Virus record (IMG/VR): IMGVR_UViG_3300042934_000463
Location: 1-58,447 of that record
Length of the DNA: 58,447 nt
Source of the DNA: a virus
Taxonomy: Duplodnaviria > Caudoviricetes
Reading direction: 5' to 3' (one strand)
Of this stretch, positions 46,663-56,203 are shown in pieces. The notes below the pieces were generated by a model. That model was not told the origin of the DNA and did no database searches. It worked only from the letters and a program-made list of their open reading frames with translations. Within the stretch, counting starts at the first letter, position 1. Every line of letters begins with the position of its first letter. Both the position numbers and the translations under genes were made by a program.

Positions 46663-49116
46663 ATGTCATGCAAAAATTGTGGATTACACATACATTCAGC
46701 CCCCACTTGTATACAAGGTTGTGGTAGTAAAAAAGCTGATATAATGATTATAAATAGTTTAGCTGGAGATTTAGATGAATCTGAAGAAAAAGCTATAATG
46801 GATGATGTATTAAAAAAACATTTACAAGATATAGGTATTGATCTTAAAAGGGTATATTATACTAATGCTATTAAGTGTAGAACACCCAAAGGAACTAAGG
46901 TTAAGATAACTGAGGTTAAGAGATGTAAGAAATATTTGGATGATGAGATAAAAAAGGTTAATCCCAAATTTGTATTAGCTATAGGAGCTCAGGCTACAAA
47001 AGCTTTAACTGATGAGGGTATCACATCAATAAATGGAGTTATTAGAGAAAAGGATGGTTATAAATATATGGCTACTTTTGCTCCTGGTATTATATATAGA
47101 GATCCAGGAAAAGCTCCTTATGTAATACAGGCCTTTAATAATTTCAAAGATATGGTAAAGGGTATTGAAACCAAATTACCTGAATTAAATATAAAATTTG
47201 TAAAAAATAAGAGAGAGATTATTAAGGCCTTACATTATTTAGAAAAGCATAATTATAGACAAATAGCTTATGATATTGAGACTAGAGGTCTAGATAGATA
47301 TAAACAAAATATAACCCTATTTGGTTTTGGTAATGATAAAGTACAATTCATATTGCCTTTGGAAGTAAAATACTCACCCCTGAGGGGTAAGAAGATAGCA
47401 CAGATCAATCTGATGAGGTTCCTCATTAAGAGGTTGAATAATATCACAAATGAAAGGATAGGACAAAATGGTAAGTTTGATGATTTATTCATAGAAGAAG
47501 TTTTTGGTGTAAGGCCTGATATTACCTTTGATACTATGTTAGCTTCCCATGCCCTTGATGAAAATACCCCAAATGGATTAAAGGAGAATGCTGTAAGATT
47601 TTGTGGGGCTAAGGATTGGGATATTAATAAAAAGCTAAAAACTGGTAATGTTCAAACCAAGTTGGATTATGAGCAATACACTAGTTATTTGGGATATGAT
47701 GTATTCTACACCTTTAAACTCAAAAAGAAATTCAGAAAACTATTAAGACAAGATATGGCCATATATAAAATATTCAAGCATATCTACATGCCTGCTAGCA
47801 AGGCCTATGAGGACATTCAAAAGAAGGGAGCATATGTTAGACAGAAACAATTTAAAGAGGCTGAAAAGTACCTTAAGGATAAATTGGCTGATATTGAGAA
47901 AAGACTTAAAAAATATACAAAGGGTAAGGAAATTAATTGGAACTCACCAAAACAAGTGGGGGATTTTTTGTATAAGGATCTTAAGTTACCAATATTAGAA
48001 AAGACTGAATCAGGAGCTCCAGCTACAGGTGAATCCATATTATTAAGATTAAGAGATAAACACCCTGCAGTTGAAGTATTATTAGAATATAGAGGGGTCC
48101 ATATACAGATATCCCATTTTATTACTGGGTGGCAAGAGAGAATGGTTGGCAAGAGATTACACCCTAACTTTAAACTTCATGGAACAGTAACAGGAAGAAC
48201 CTCATCCAATGACCCAAATCTTCAACAGGTTCCTAGAGATAAAATTATAAGGAGCTTAATAGGAGCCCCTGAAGGAAGAGTATTTGTGGAAGCTGATTTA
48301 TCACAAGCAGAATTAAGAATAGCCGCTATGATGAGTGGAGACCATACAATGAAGCTTACTTATCAAACTGGAGGAGATATTCATAATACAACTTACAATG
48401 CCATAGCTGAGGATAGAATTGAGGATGAAAAGGATCCAGCTGTTAAAAAAGAAAAAAGGAAAAAGGCCAAGGCAGTTAATTTTGGTTTCCTATATGGTAT
48501 GGGATGGAAAAAATTCCAGGAATATGCAAGAGATACTTATGGTCTTAAACTTACTGATAAGGAAGCTAAGGAATATCGTAAACGTTTCTTTATGATGTAT
48601 ACAGACTTACCAGCATGGCATGATAGACAAAGAAAGATAGTTCATGCATTGAAACAGGTTAGATCACCAATAGGAAGATTAAGAAGATTACCTGATATTG
48701 ATTCTTCTGAAAAGTCAAAAGTTGCCGAAGCCGAAAGACAATCAATTAATTCACCAGTTCAAGGGTTTGGCTCAGATATTACTCTATTAGGATTATGTGA
48801 GTTAATGGGTTATGCAAAATATTATAATCCAGAATGGGTTGTAGACAAATCAAAATTTGATTGTATTGGAACAGTTCATGACTCTATACTTTGTGAAGTT
48901 GATGAGGATTATGTAGAAGAGTTTGTATGGAAGATCAAGAATATAGTACAATATTCTAAGGTTCTTACTAAGGTCTTTAAATTTAACCCAACTGTTCCAA
49001 TAATAATGGATGTTTCAGTGGGTAAGACCTGGGGTAATTGTAAAGAGCTGGACTTTAATGGAGACTGGAAAAAAGAAGTTAAAAATATATTAAAAGATAT
49101 AAAACAATCTGCATAA
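46663..49116 (+). CDS. polA: Family A DNA polymerase with an N-terminal family-4 UDG-like domain and 3'-5' exonuclease
   Basis: CKNC..TNAIKCR..C; YDIET, NGKFD and GYD exonuclease motifs; DLSQAELR (A), RKKAKAVNFGFLYG (B), VHDS (C). Confidence 0.95.
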   Translation: MSCKNCGLHIHSAPTCIQGCGSKKADIMIINSLAGDLDESEEKAIMDDVLKKHLQDIGIDLKRVYYTNAIKCRTPKGTKVKITEVKRCKKYLDDEIKKVNPKFVLAIGAQATKALTDEGITSINGVIREKDGYKYMATFAPGIIYRDPGKAPYVIQAFNNFKDMVKGIETKLPELNIKFVKNKREIIKALHYLEKHNYRQIAYDIETRGLDRYKQNITLFGFGNDKVQFILPLEVKYSPLRGKKIAQINLMRFLIKRLNNITNERIGQNGKFDDLFIEEVFGVRPDITFDTMLASHALDENTPNGLKENAVRFCGAKDWDINKKLKTGNVQTKLDYEQYTSYLGYDVFYTFKLKKKFRKLLRQDMAIYKIFKHIYMPASKAYEDIQKKGAYVRQKQFKEAEKYLKDKLADIEKRLKKYTKGKEINWNSPKQVGDFLYKDLKLPILEKTESGAPATGESILLRLRDKHPAVEVLLEYRGVHIQISHFITGWQERMVGKRLHPNFKLHGTVTGRTSSNDPNLQQVPRDKIIRSLIGAPEGRVFVEADLSQAELRIAAMMSGDHTMKLTYQTGGDIHNTTYNAIAEDRIEDEKDPAVKKEKRKKAKAVNFGFLYGMGWKKFQEYARDTYGLKLTDKEAKEYRKRFFMMYTDLPAWHDRQRKIVHALKQVRSPIGRLRRLPDIDSSEKSKVAEAERQSINSPVQGFGSDITLLGLCELMGYAKYYNPEWVVDKSKFDCIGTVHDSILCEVDEDYVEEFVWKIKNIVQYSKVLTKVFKFNPTVPIIMDVSVGKTWGNCKELDFNGDWKKEVKNILKDIKQSA

Positions 49117-49172
49117 AATGATATTGACATAGCTTAAAGGTTATGATAATATATTAATGATGAAGAAAGGAG

Positions 49173-50177
49173 GTGATTCCTATTAAAGTTTCAAACTCCA
49201 GAATTAATTTATTTCTAAGATGTCCCTATGCACATTATTTAAAATATTATGAGCATCTGGAAAGAAAAACTAAAGCTGCAGCTCTTCAAAGGGGTACTGT
49301 AGTACATGAAGCTATTGAGGCCTACAACACAGGTAAATCCTGGAAGAAGGTAATAAAGAGATTTGAAAGAGACTTCATGAAAAATACCATGGCTGAGGAA
49401 AGAGTAGAACTGGGAGATATCCCTAAAATAGCTCAAACTATATGTGAAAACTATTTTGCTTGTTATGAGCAAGAGGATGAGAACCTAGAATATATCCAAA
49501 ATGAATTACACTTTGATCTGCCATTGACCAAAACCATAACTTTGGAGGGGTATATAGATGCTCTAACCTTAGATAATAAAATCCTTTGGCCAATGGAACA
49601 TAAAACCTATGCTAGATTACCAGATAGAGACTTCTTAATGTTTAATTCACAATCTGGAAGATATATATGGGCTTTATGGGAATTAGGTTATAATCCTGCA
49701 GGATTCCTGTGGAATATACTTTTAGTAAAAGAACCTGCAAAACCAAAAATGACTGAGAAGACTAATAAACTTTCACTTGCTGCAATAAACTCTACACCTT
49801 TTGCGGTAGAAAAGGGAATCAAGGAATTGGGATTAGATCCTAGAAAATATAAGGATTATATCAACAAATTTAGTTATGATGATTTCTTTTTCAGACACAA
49901 AGTAAGGCTATCAAAACCAGTAGTTAATTCAATCATGGAGGATACTATACAAGTAGCTAAAATGATAGAATCCCATGGCATGACCTATAAGAGTAAGAAT
50001 CTAGGTAAAGATTGTGGATGGTGTTCCTATAAATCCATATGCCAAGGAGAATTATGTGGTTTAGATGTAGACTTCATTAAAAAGACTGAATATGTAATAA
50101 GAGAAGGAAGGGATAAAAAAGATGGTAAAGAAAAAGGGAAGTCCCAGTCCACCAAAAAAGTCAAGCATAGAAGATAG
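49173..50177 (+). CDS. PD-(D/E)XK Cas4/RecB-like exonuclease
   Basis: RCP, GTVVHEA, GYID...EHKT and CGWCSYKSIC. Confidence 0.88.
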   Translation: MIPIKVSNSRINLFLRCPYAHYLKYYEHLERKTKAAALQRGTVVHEAIEAYNTGKSWKKVIKRFERDFMKNTMAEERVELGDIPKIAQTICENYFACYEQEDENLEYIQNELHFDLPLTKTITLEGYIDALTLDNKILWPMEHKTYARLPDRDFLMFNSQSGRYIWALWELGYNPAGFLWNILLVKEPAKPKMTEKTNKLSLAAINSTPFAVEKGIKELGLDPRKYKDYINKFSYDDFFFRHKVRLSKPVVNSIMEDTIQVAKMIESHGMTYKSKNLGKDCGWCSYKSICQGELCGLDVDFIKKTEYVIREGRDKKDGKEKGKSQSTKKVKHRR

Positions 50178-50988
50178 GATAAAGGATCTAATGGATATGA
50201 ATATGCCTTTAGTAACAACTTTGTATGGTAGAGGTGGAACAGGTAAAACTACTATTGCAAGTTTCTACCCAAAGCCTATGTTATTTATTGATGTAAAAGA
50301 CAAGGGTACGGAATCAGCTAAACACAAGAATCTTAAAAGAGGAGATGTTAAGGTTTTTGAGGTTAAAGATTTGGATGACATTTATGAGATCTATGACCAT
50401 ATAGTTGATAGTGGAAAATATAAATCGGTAATTATTGACCATATGACTGCATTACAAGAGATATCACATAATAAGGTTAAAGAAGAAGAAGGTAAAGATC
50501 AGATGTCTCAAAGGATGTTTGGAGTATCAGCTGGATATTTAAAAGAGATTGTACAGATGTATAAGGGGTTGGGAGATATGGGAATAGATCCTGTATTCCT
50601 ATGCCAAGATAGACTACAAGAAGGTGATGGAGAAGGAGATGAACAACTTCTACCAGAAGTAGGAGCAGGGTTAATGCCTTCAGTGGCTACCTTTCTAAAT
50701 GCTGCCTCAAGAATAATTGGTCATACTTATTTATATGAAACCATGACTAAGACTGGAAATATGCAAGTCCATAGAGAAATAGAATATAGGCTAAGGTTAG
50801 GGCCTAACCCTTACTATGTTACTAAATTTACTAGGCCTAGAGGTACACCTTGCCCACAATATTTAACTATAGATGTTGAGAATGGTAATCCCTATGAAGA
50901 CTTACAGACTATATTAAGGGGTGAATGGAAAGCTCCTACAGTAACTAAAAAACCCAATAAGAAAAAAGGTAAGAAGGTTAAAAAATAG
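50122..50988 (+). CDS. Sak4-like AAA_24 ATPase (single-strand annealing recombinase)
   Basis: LYGRGGTGKTT, FIDV and VIIDH; lies between exonuclease and SSB genes. Confidence 0.82.
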   Translation: MVKKKGSPSPPKKSSIEDRIKDLMDMNMPLVTTLYGRGGTGKTTIASFYPKPMLFIDVKDKGTESAKHKNLKRGDVKVFEVKDLDDIYEIYDHIVDSGKYKSVIIDHMTALQEISHNKVKEEEGKDQMSQRMFGVSAGYLKEIVQMYKGLGDMGIDPVFLCQDRLQEGDGEGDEQLLPEVGAGLMPSVATFLNAASRIIGHTYLYETMTKTGNMQVHREIEYRLRLGPNPYYVTKFTRPRGTPCPQYLTIDVENGNPYEDLQTILRGEWKAPTVTKKPNKKKGKKVKK

Positions 50989-51069
50989 TTCTTGACATAG
51001 TTTAAATGCTGTGTTAATATAAAATTATCCATGAATAGAAAACTATAAATATTTAGGAGGAATTTAAAA

Positions 51070-52041
51070 ATGGCTAAAAGAAATGGAAGAAATAAAGGAA
51101 CAGGTGTTAGTGTTGATTTATCAGGAGTTGAAACTGGAAGTAGAAAGGCTATACCAGAAGGAACTTATCCAGTAACTGTTGACTCAATAGAATTGAAAAA
51201 ATCCGATAACTCAGGCGGTAATTATTTATCCTTTACTTTTGAAGTTGAAGAAGGAACACATAAGGGGTCTAAATTATTCCATAACTGTTCATTACAACCC
51301 CAAGCATTATTCAACTTAAAAAGTGTATTATTAGCTTTAGGATTTGAAATACCTAACAAGGCTTTTGACTTAGATACTACACAACTTGTGGGACTATCAT
51401 GTTTAGTAGAAGTATCTCATGAGGTTTATGAAGGTAAGAAAAAAGCTAGAATCACTGATTTTATAAATCCAGAAGATTCCGATGATGATGGAGAAGACTC
51501 TGATTTTGATTTAGAAGAATTGGAAAAAGATGAATTAGTGGAATTAGCTAAAGCTCTAAAAATAACTGCTAAAAAGATCAAGGGAGCTAAAACAGAAGAA
51601 GCACTAATTGAACTAATTGAAGCTGTTGAAGATTGGGAAGAAACAGCAGAGGAAATGTTTGGAGAAGAAGATAGTGATGATAATGAAGAAGATGAGACAG
51701 AGGAAACTCCAGAACTAGAAGATCTTGAACTTGACTCATTAAAGGAATTAGCTAAATATATGGACATACCAGCTAAGAAAATGAAAAAGGCAAAAACAGA
51801 AGAAGCTATAATAGCTGTTATACAAGATTCAGCAGATGAAGATGAAATAGAAGAAGCTATTGAACATTTATTTGGTGTAGACTCAGATGATGATGGGGGA
51901 GAAGATGATGATACTCCAGATTATGAAGAAATGTCTCTAAAAGATTTAAAAGCCCTAGCTAAGGAAAGGGGAATCAAAATAACCAAGAAAGATGATAAAG
52001 ATTCCATCATTGAAAAGCTAGAAGAAGATGATGAGGAATAA
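51070..52041 (+). CDS. DUF669-type single-stranded DNA-binding protein with long acidic tail and three HeH/Rho-N-like repeats
   Basis: IPEGTY...YLSFTFEV...LVG..C.V.V N-terminal domain; acidic C-terminal repeats. Confidence 0.8.
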   Translation: MAKRNGRNKGTGVSVDLSGVETGSRKAIPEGTYPVTVDSIELKKSDNSGGNYLSFTFEVEEGTHKGSKLFHNCSLQPQALFNLKSVLLALGFEIPNKAFDLDTTQLVGLSCLVEVSHEVYEGKKKARITDFINPEDSDDDGEDSDFDLEELEKDELVELAKALKITAKKIKGAKTEEALIELIEAVEDWEETAEEMFGEEDSDDNEEDETEETPELEDLELDSLKELAKYMDIPAKKMKKAKTEEAIIAVIQDSADEDEIEEAIEHLFGVDSDDDGGEDDDTPDYEEMSLKDLKALAKERGIKITKKDDKDSIIEKLEEDDEE

Positions 52042-52054
52042 TTAAAAATTGAAT

Positions 52055-52077
52055 AGGGGCCTGTAATGGGCCCTTTT
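52055..52077 (+). terminator. Intrinsic terminator
   Basis: AGGGGCC/GGCCCTT stem followed by Ts. Confidence 0.6.
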
Positions 52078-52095
52078 ATATTAGGAGGAAATATT

Positions 52096-52689
52096 ATGAA
52101 GCAGGATAACTTAAAAATAACTGTTGAGATCACACAAGGCACATACAGGGAAATAGCTGATAGAGCTAGAACTACTATTGGTATGGGAAAAGGTGATAAG
52201 GTTATATCCTTAAACTATGTTAGAAAGATGTACTTGTGTGAGCATAGCCCTATTAGAATTAGAAATTTCTTGATAAGGATTGAAAATGTTCCAAGCTGGT
52301 TATCAGTACATTTTGTTAGACACCATGTAGGATATACTCCTTTTGTATCTACACAAAGGGATGATAGAAACCCAACTATTATAGATAGAGATGAAGAGAA
52401 ACAGGGTAATTTAGTTACATTAGAGATATATGCTAATGTTCAAGCTATCATAGCTGTAAGTAGGAAAAGGCTATGTAATTGTGCTCACCCAAGAGCTAAG
52501 GCTTTATGGTCTCAGGTAATACAAAAGCTTGGGGAAGTGGATGAAGTAATACCAAAAATAGCTGTTCCTGATTGTGTATATAGAGGATGGTGTTTTGAGC
52601 ATAAATCATGCAACTACCATCAAAGCCAAGGATTCGAGAAAGCTATCAATGAGTATAGAGAAGGTATAAATGGATGGAGAATGCAGTAG
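52096..52689 (+). CDS. thyX: ThyX/Thy1-like flavin-dependent thymidylate synthase
   Basis: EHSPIR, VHFVRHH-x7-S.QR, KRLC..A and CVYRG.C; start reassigned behind AGGAGG. Confidence 0.7.
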   Translation: MKQDNLKITVEITQGTYREIADRARTTIGMGKGDKVISLNYVRKMYLCEHSPIRIRNFLIRIENVPSWLSVHFVRHHVGYTPFVSTQRDDRNPTIIDRDEEKQGNLVTLEIYANVQAIIAVSRKRLCNCAHPRAKALWSQVIQKLGEVDEVIPKIAVPDCVYRGWCFEHKSCNYHQSQGFEKAINEYREGINGWRMQ

Positions 52690-52982
52690 TTAAAAAAATC
52701 AGAGAAGCCATAAAAAAAGAATATCCTAAGGCTTTTCAATTCAAATCTCATGGGGGAATGTATCAAAGATCAGGACTACCTGATATTATATGTAGTATCA
52801 ATGGTATATTTGTAGGTATAGAAGTTAAAGATGTGGGTAAGGAGAATACTCTAACCAAAATACAGCAACACAATCTAGATGTGATAAATGAGTCAGGGGG
52901 TATTGCTTTTATGTCTTCATCTGCAACACATACTATAAAAGAATTAAAGAGGAGGATTAAGAAATGGGAAATAAATATTTAG
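52674..52982 (+). CDS. VRR-NUC domain nuclease
   Basis: GLPDII...GIEVK...LT.IQ...GGIA. Confidence 0.88.
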   Translation: MENAVVKKIREAIKKEYPKAFQFKSHGGMYQRSGLPDIICSINGIFVGIEVKDVGKENTLTKIQQHNLDVINESGGIAFMSSSATHTIKELKRRIKKWEINI

Positions 52983-53359
52983 GACAGGAACTAGTACCAG
53001 AGGGAGATCATAAAATGGGAGAGACAGTAAAGATGTGGGTGTGTGATGGTATAGCTGTTAAAGTGGATAAGCCCATAAACAAGGTAGCTAAACATCAAAT
53101 TATATGCCAAGAAATGAACGCTTTATATCAAAGGAAGAATGATAAGTATGGAGATAGTTTCCACAAGACATATGAAGAATATGGTTCTGCTATGTTATGT
53201 ATAAGGTTAGATGATAAACTAGCAAGAGCTAAACAACTCCTAATCCATGGAAAAGAAGCTACTGATAATGAGTCTATTAGAGATACATTAATTGATCTGG
53301 CTAATTATGCTATCATGGGAATAATGGAGTTAGAAGATGAAAAAAATCCAACTATTTAA
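52964..53359 (+). CDS. DUF1599 / nucleotide-modification-associated domain protein
   Basis: RKNDKYGDSF...RLDDKLAR...ESIRDTLIDLANYAIM. Confidence 0.85.
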   Translation: MGNKYLGQELVPEGDHKMGETVKMWVCDGIAVKVDKPINKVAKHQIICQEMNALYQRKNDKYGDSFHKTYEEYGSAMLCIRLDDKLARAKQLLIHGKEATDNESIRDTLIDLANYAIMGIMELEDEKNPTI

Positions 53360-54914
53360 ACATCAAAAGGAGGCCCTGAAAAGGGTCTTAAAAAATCCCT
53401 ATTATGCACTATTCATGGAACAGGGGACTGGTAAAACACTAGTGGCTATTAAGGCCATTGAGAAAAGGTATAAAGAAGGAAAGCTTACTAGAGTTTTAAT
53501 ATTTGTACCTAAGACTATTGTATTTAATTGGCAGGAAGAAATTGAACGATTTTTAAGTATACCTAAAAAGAGTTATAGAGTTGAGGTTCTGGATGAAAGG
53601 AAAAAGGAGAAACAAATTGAGGCTCTTAAGAACTTCTATAAATTAGATCCTAGCAAACTAACAGTTAAGCAATTAAGAACCATGACAGAGGCTCCTAAAA
53701 AGGCTACTAAGACAGAGATGCTTAGGAATATACCTCAAAAACTTCAAATTCTAGTTATCAATTATCAAAAGTCATGGGTATTAAATAAGGAGTTAAAGAA
53801 GTATAAGCCCCAGATGTTAGTTATTGATGAATCACACAAGTTGAAGAATAGGAATGCTGATATCTCTAAAAATATTCACAGGTTAACTAGAGAATGTGAT
53901 TATAGGATTATTATGACTGGAACTCCAATATGTAATGGCTATGAAGATATATTTATGCAATTCAAAATATTAGATGATAATATACTAGGTAGTAATTATG
54001 GTGATTTTGAAGAAGACTATGTAGTTAAAGGTGGGTATATGAATTATCAGATCACAGGATATCAAAACATTGAAGATTTGGATAGAATCATACAAGAGAA
54101 TGCATATAGAGTTAAAATTGAAGAGTGTATTGATCTGCCTGAACAAATACCCGATCTATATTTAACCTGTGAATTGAATCCAAAGGCTAGGAAACTATAT
54201 AATGAGTTGGATAAAGAAATGGTAGTTGAATTAGATCTACTACAGGAAAACCTACCTCGTAAAGAATTGAAGTCCATATTGAAAAATCATGAAGTAAAGT
54301 ATAGCCCAAGAGAATCCTATTATGAATTATTAATAAAGGCTGCACAATATGTTAATACTTCTTCAGTTGAATTAATCATGACTAAAACTATGAGGCTGCA
54401 ACAGATAACAGGTGGGTTTATAAAAATGGACTCGGGTGAAGTGTTGAATATTAGTAAGGATAAACTATTGATGGCTAAAGAGTTTGTTGAAGAGTATTCA
54501 AAGCCTCTAGTAATATTCTGTCAATATATTCCTGAAATTGATATGCTTAAAAAAGAATTGGGTAAAATTAAGAGGGGCATGAAAAAGAAGAAACTAAGGA
54601 TAGAAACTATTACTGGTAAAACTAAGGATAAGGGTAAGATTAATAAAGAGTTCCAAGATGGTAAAATTGATGTATTGATATTACAATTAAAAGCTGGTAG
54701 TGTTGGCTTGAATCTGTTTAAGGCTTCTAAATTAATGTTTTATAGTTGGAACCATAGCTATGATGATTATGTCCAGGCTATAGCAAGAATTAAAAGAAAT
54801 GGGCAAAAGGAACCTTGGCAAATTATACATCTAATAGCTCAGGATACCATTGATTCTAAAATCCTAAAGGTGATAAAGTCTAAGGGTGATTTAGCTAAGA
54901 GGTTATTAAGATAA
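53337..54914 (+). CDS. SNF2-family helicase
   Basis: EQGTGKT, DESH, TGTP, GLNL and QA.ARI.R.GQ. Confidence 0.93.
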   Translation: MKKIQLFKHQKEALKRVLKNPYYALFMEQGTGKTLVAIKAIEKRYKEGKLTRVLIFVPKTIVFNWQEEIERFLSIPKKSYRVEVLDERKKEKQIEALKNFYKLDPSKLTVKQLRTMTEAPKKATKTEMLRNIPQKLQILVINYQKSWVLNKELKKYKPQMLVIDESHKLKNRNADISKNIHRLTRECDYRIIMTGTPICNGYEDIFMQFKILDDNILGSNYGDFEEDYVVKGGYMNYQITGYQNIEDLDRIIQENAYRVKIEECIDLPEQIPDLYLTCELNPKARKLYNELDKEMVVELDLLQENLPRKELKSILKNHEVKYSPRESYYELLIKAAQYVNTSSVELIMTKTMRLQQITGGFIKMDSGEVLNISKDKLLMAKEFVEEYSKPLVIFCQYIPEIDMLKKELGKIKRGMKKKKLRIETITGKTKDKGKINKEFQDGKIDVLILQLKAGSVGLNLFKASKLMFYSWNHSYDDYVQAIARIKRNGQKEPWQIIHLIAQDTIDSKILKVIKSKGDLAKRLLR

Positions 54915-54978
54915 TTATTTACTTCCTCCTAAGAGTATGGTATAATAAATATATACTAACTTAATAGGAGGATTTATT

Positions 54979-55638
54979 ATGAGATCATTGATAATTTTAC
55001 ATGCCTTAAACCACATAACCATATATAATAATGATGGTGAAGAAAGACATATTATGGTTCCACAAGAAAGTAGAGAAGAAAGAAAGCAATTCATTAGAAA
55101 TTTATTTGGTGATGATATAGCAGATAGACTATTGAAAGTGTTATTATCTGAAGTAAGGATTCCTAATTCCCATGAAACTTGGATTGGTAATATAGCTGTA
55201 CAAACTGAGAAGGACATTATAAATTGTGATGTTAAACAAGCTACAGAAAATATGTTCAGGACTATATCTGATAGAGGAGAATTAATAGAAGCTGAACATA
55301 GAGCAAAAGAAACTATCATGGGTATTGAATCATCAATAAAAGGAAAAGAATCCCAGGTTGAAACACCAAATAAGAAAAATAAGAGTAATACAATCAAATT
55401 GAATTTCAACACAGAGGTAGCTAACAGCTCCGCTAAGGCTCCTGTAGTAAATAATACATCTAAAACCTCATTAGATAATATAATAACACTAAAAGACCTA
55501 TGTATTGAGGTTAATATTGACCCTGGTAAAGCAAGAAGAATACTTAGAAAAAATGAGGATAGGTATAAAATAAATGGTAAATGGGAATGGGATCTAAAAA
55601 GTGATATATTGAAAGAAATTAGGGGCCTATTGAAATAG
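54979..55638 (+). CDS. Protein with a C-terminal 'ARRILR..W' HTH-like domain
   Basis: ITLKDLCIEVNIDPGKARRILRK...KWEWD; own promoter. Confidence 0.72.
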   Translation: MRSLIILHALNHITIYNNDGEERHIMVPQESREERKQFIRNLFGDDIADRLLKVLLSEVRIPNSHETWIGNIAVQTEKDIINCDVKQATENMFRTISDRGELIEAEHRAKETIMGIESSIKGKESQVETPNKKNKSNTIKLNFNTEVANSSAKAPVVNNTSKTSLDNIITLKDLCIEVNIDPGKARRILRKNEDRYKINGKWEWDLKSDILKEIRGLLK

Positions 55639-55648
55639 GCTCTTTTTT
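55621..55648 (+). terminator. Intrinsic terminator
   Basis: GCCTATT-GA-AATAGGC stem followed by a T-run. Confidence 0.65.
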
Positions 55649-55759
55649 ATAGCCAAAAAGAAATTGTTAAAATTAGGAAAGTTTCTATTGAGATATAATA
55701 TTCATACTCTTATAATGATACTGTCATAAAAAATTAAATATATAAGGAGAGAGAAAACT

Positions 55760-56173
55760 ATGAGTAACAAAGATTTGGCAGATATGTCATATAAGGAAAT
55801 TAAGGAGGAAGCTAAGAGATTAAAAGTAAAAGAATGGTGGACTTTTGATTTTGCTACATTGGTGAGTATAGTAAAAGATGTTAGGAAGGAATTGAATTTG
55901 GAAAGTGCCCCCAAGGTTGAAAGGAAAGTAAGGAAAGCTAATGAACCTGCTGAAACTACTGTACAAATACCAGATGAAGTAAAAAGGGAAAATATAACAA
56001 CTCTACAGGATATATTAGATAAGTTGAAAAAGGAAGGTAAACCCATAAAAGGTTCAAAGGCAAGAAGAATATTAAGGACTGGTAATATTGAAAGACCCTT
56101 TGAAAATTGGGAGTGGGATAATAAACTACACAAGGATATCATAAAAGAGGTTGAAAGGTTATTAAGGAAATAA
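55760..56173 (+). CDS. Protein with an N-terminal HeH-like motif and a C-terminal 'ARRILR..W' domain
   Basis: LADMSYKEIKEEAK; TLQDIL...SKARRILR...WEWD; TTGAGA-17-TATAAT promoter at 55688..55716. Confidence 0.72.
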   Translation: MSNKDLADMSYKEIKEEAKRLKVKEWWTFDFATLVSIVKDVRKELNLESAPKVERKVRKANEPAETTVQIPDEVKRENITTLQDILDKLKKEGKPIKGSKARRILRTGNIERPFENWEWDNKLHKDIIKEVERLLRK

Positions 56174-56179
56174 AGGAAC

Positions 56180-56203
56180 AGGGGCTTAAAGGCCCCTATT
56201 TTT
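56180..56203. terminator. Terminator between the convergent replication and lysis arms
   Basis: AGGGGC/GCCCCT stem followed by ATTTTT. Confidence 0.65.

Noticed and set aside
49173-50177. Cas4 as part of a CRISPR system
   Set aside because: No cas1/cas2 or array; context is the usual exonuclease-Sak4-SSB recombination module
31913-56142. Minus-strand ORFs in the right arm (e.g. 39990..40484, 47817..48152, 51426..51767, 54915..55412, 55702..56142)
   Set aside because: Ser/Phe/Leu-rich antisense translations of Glu/Lys-rich plus-strand genes
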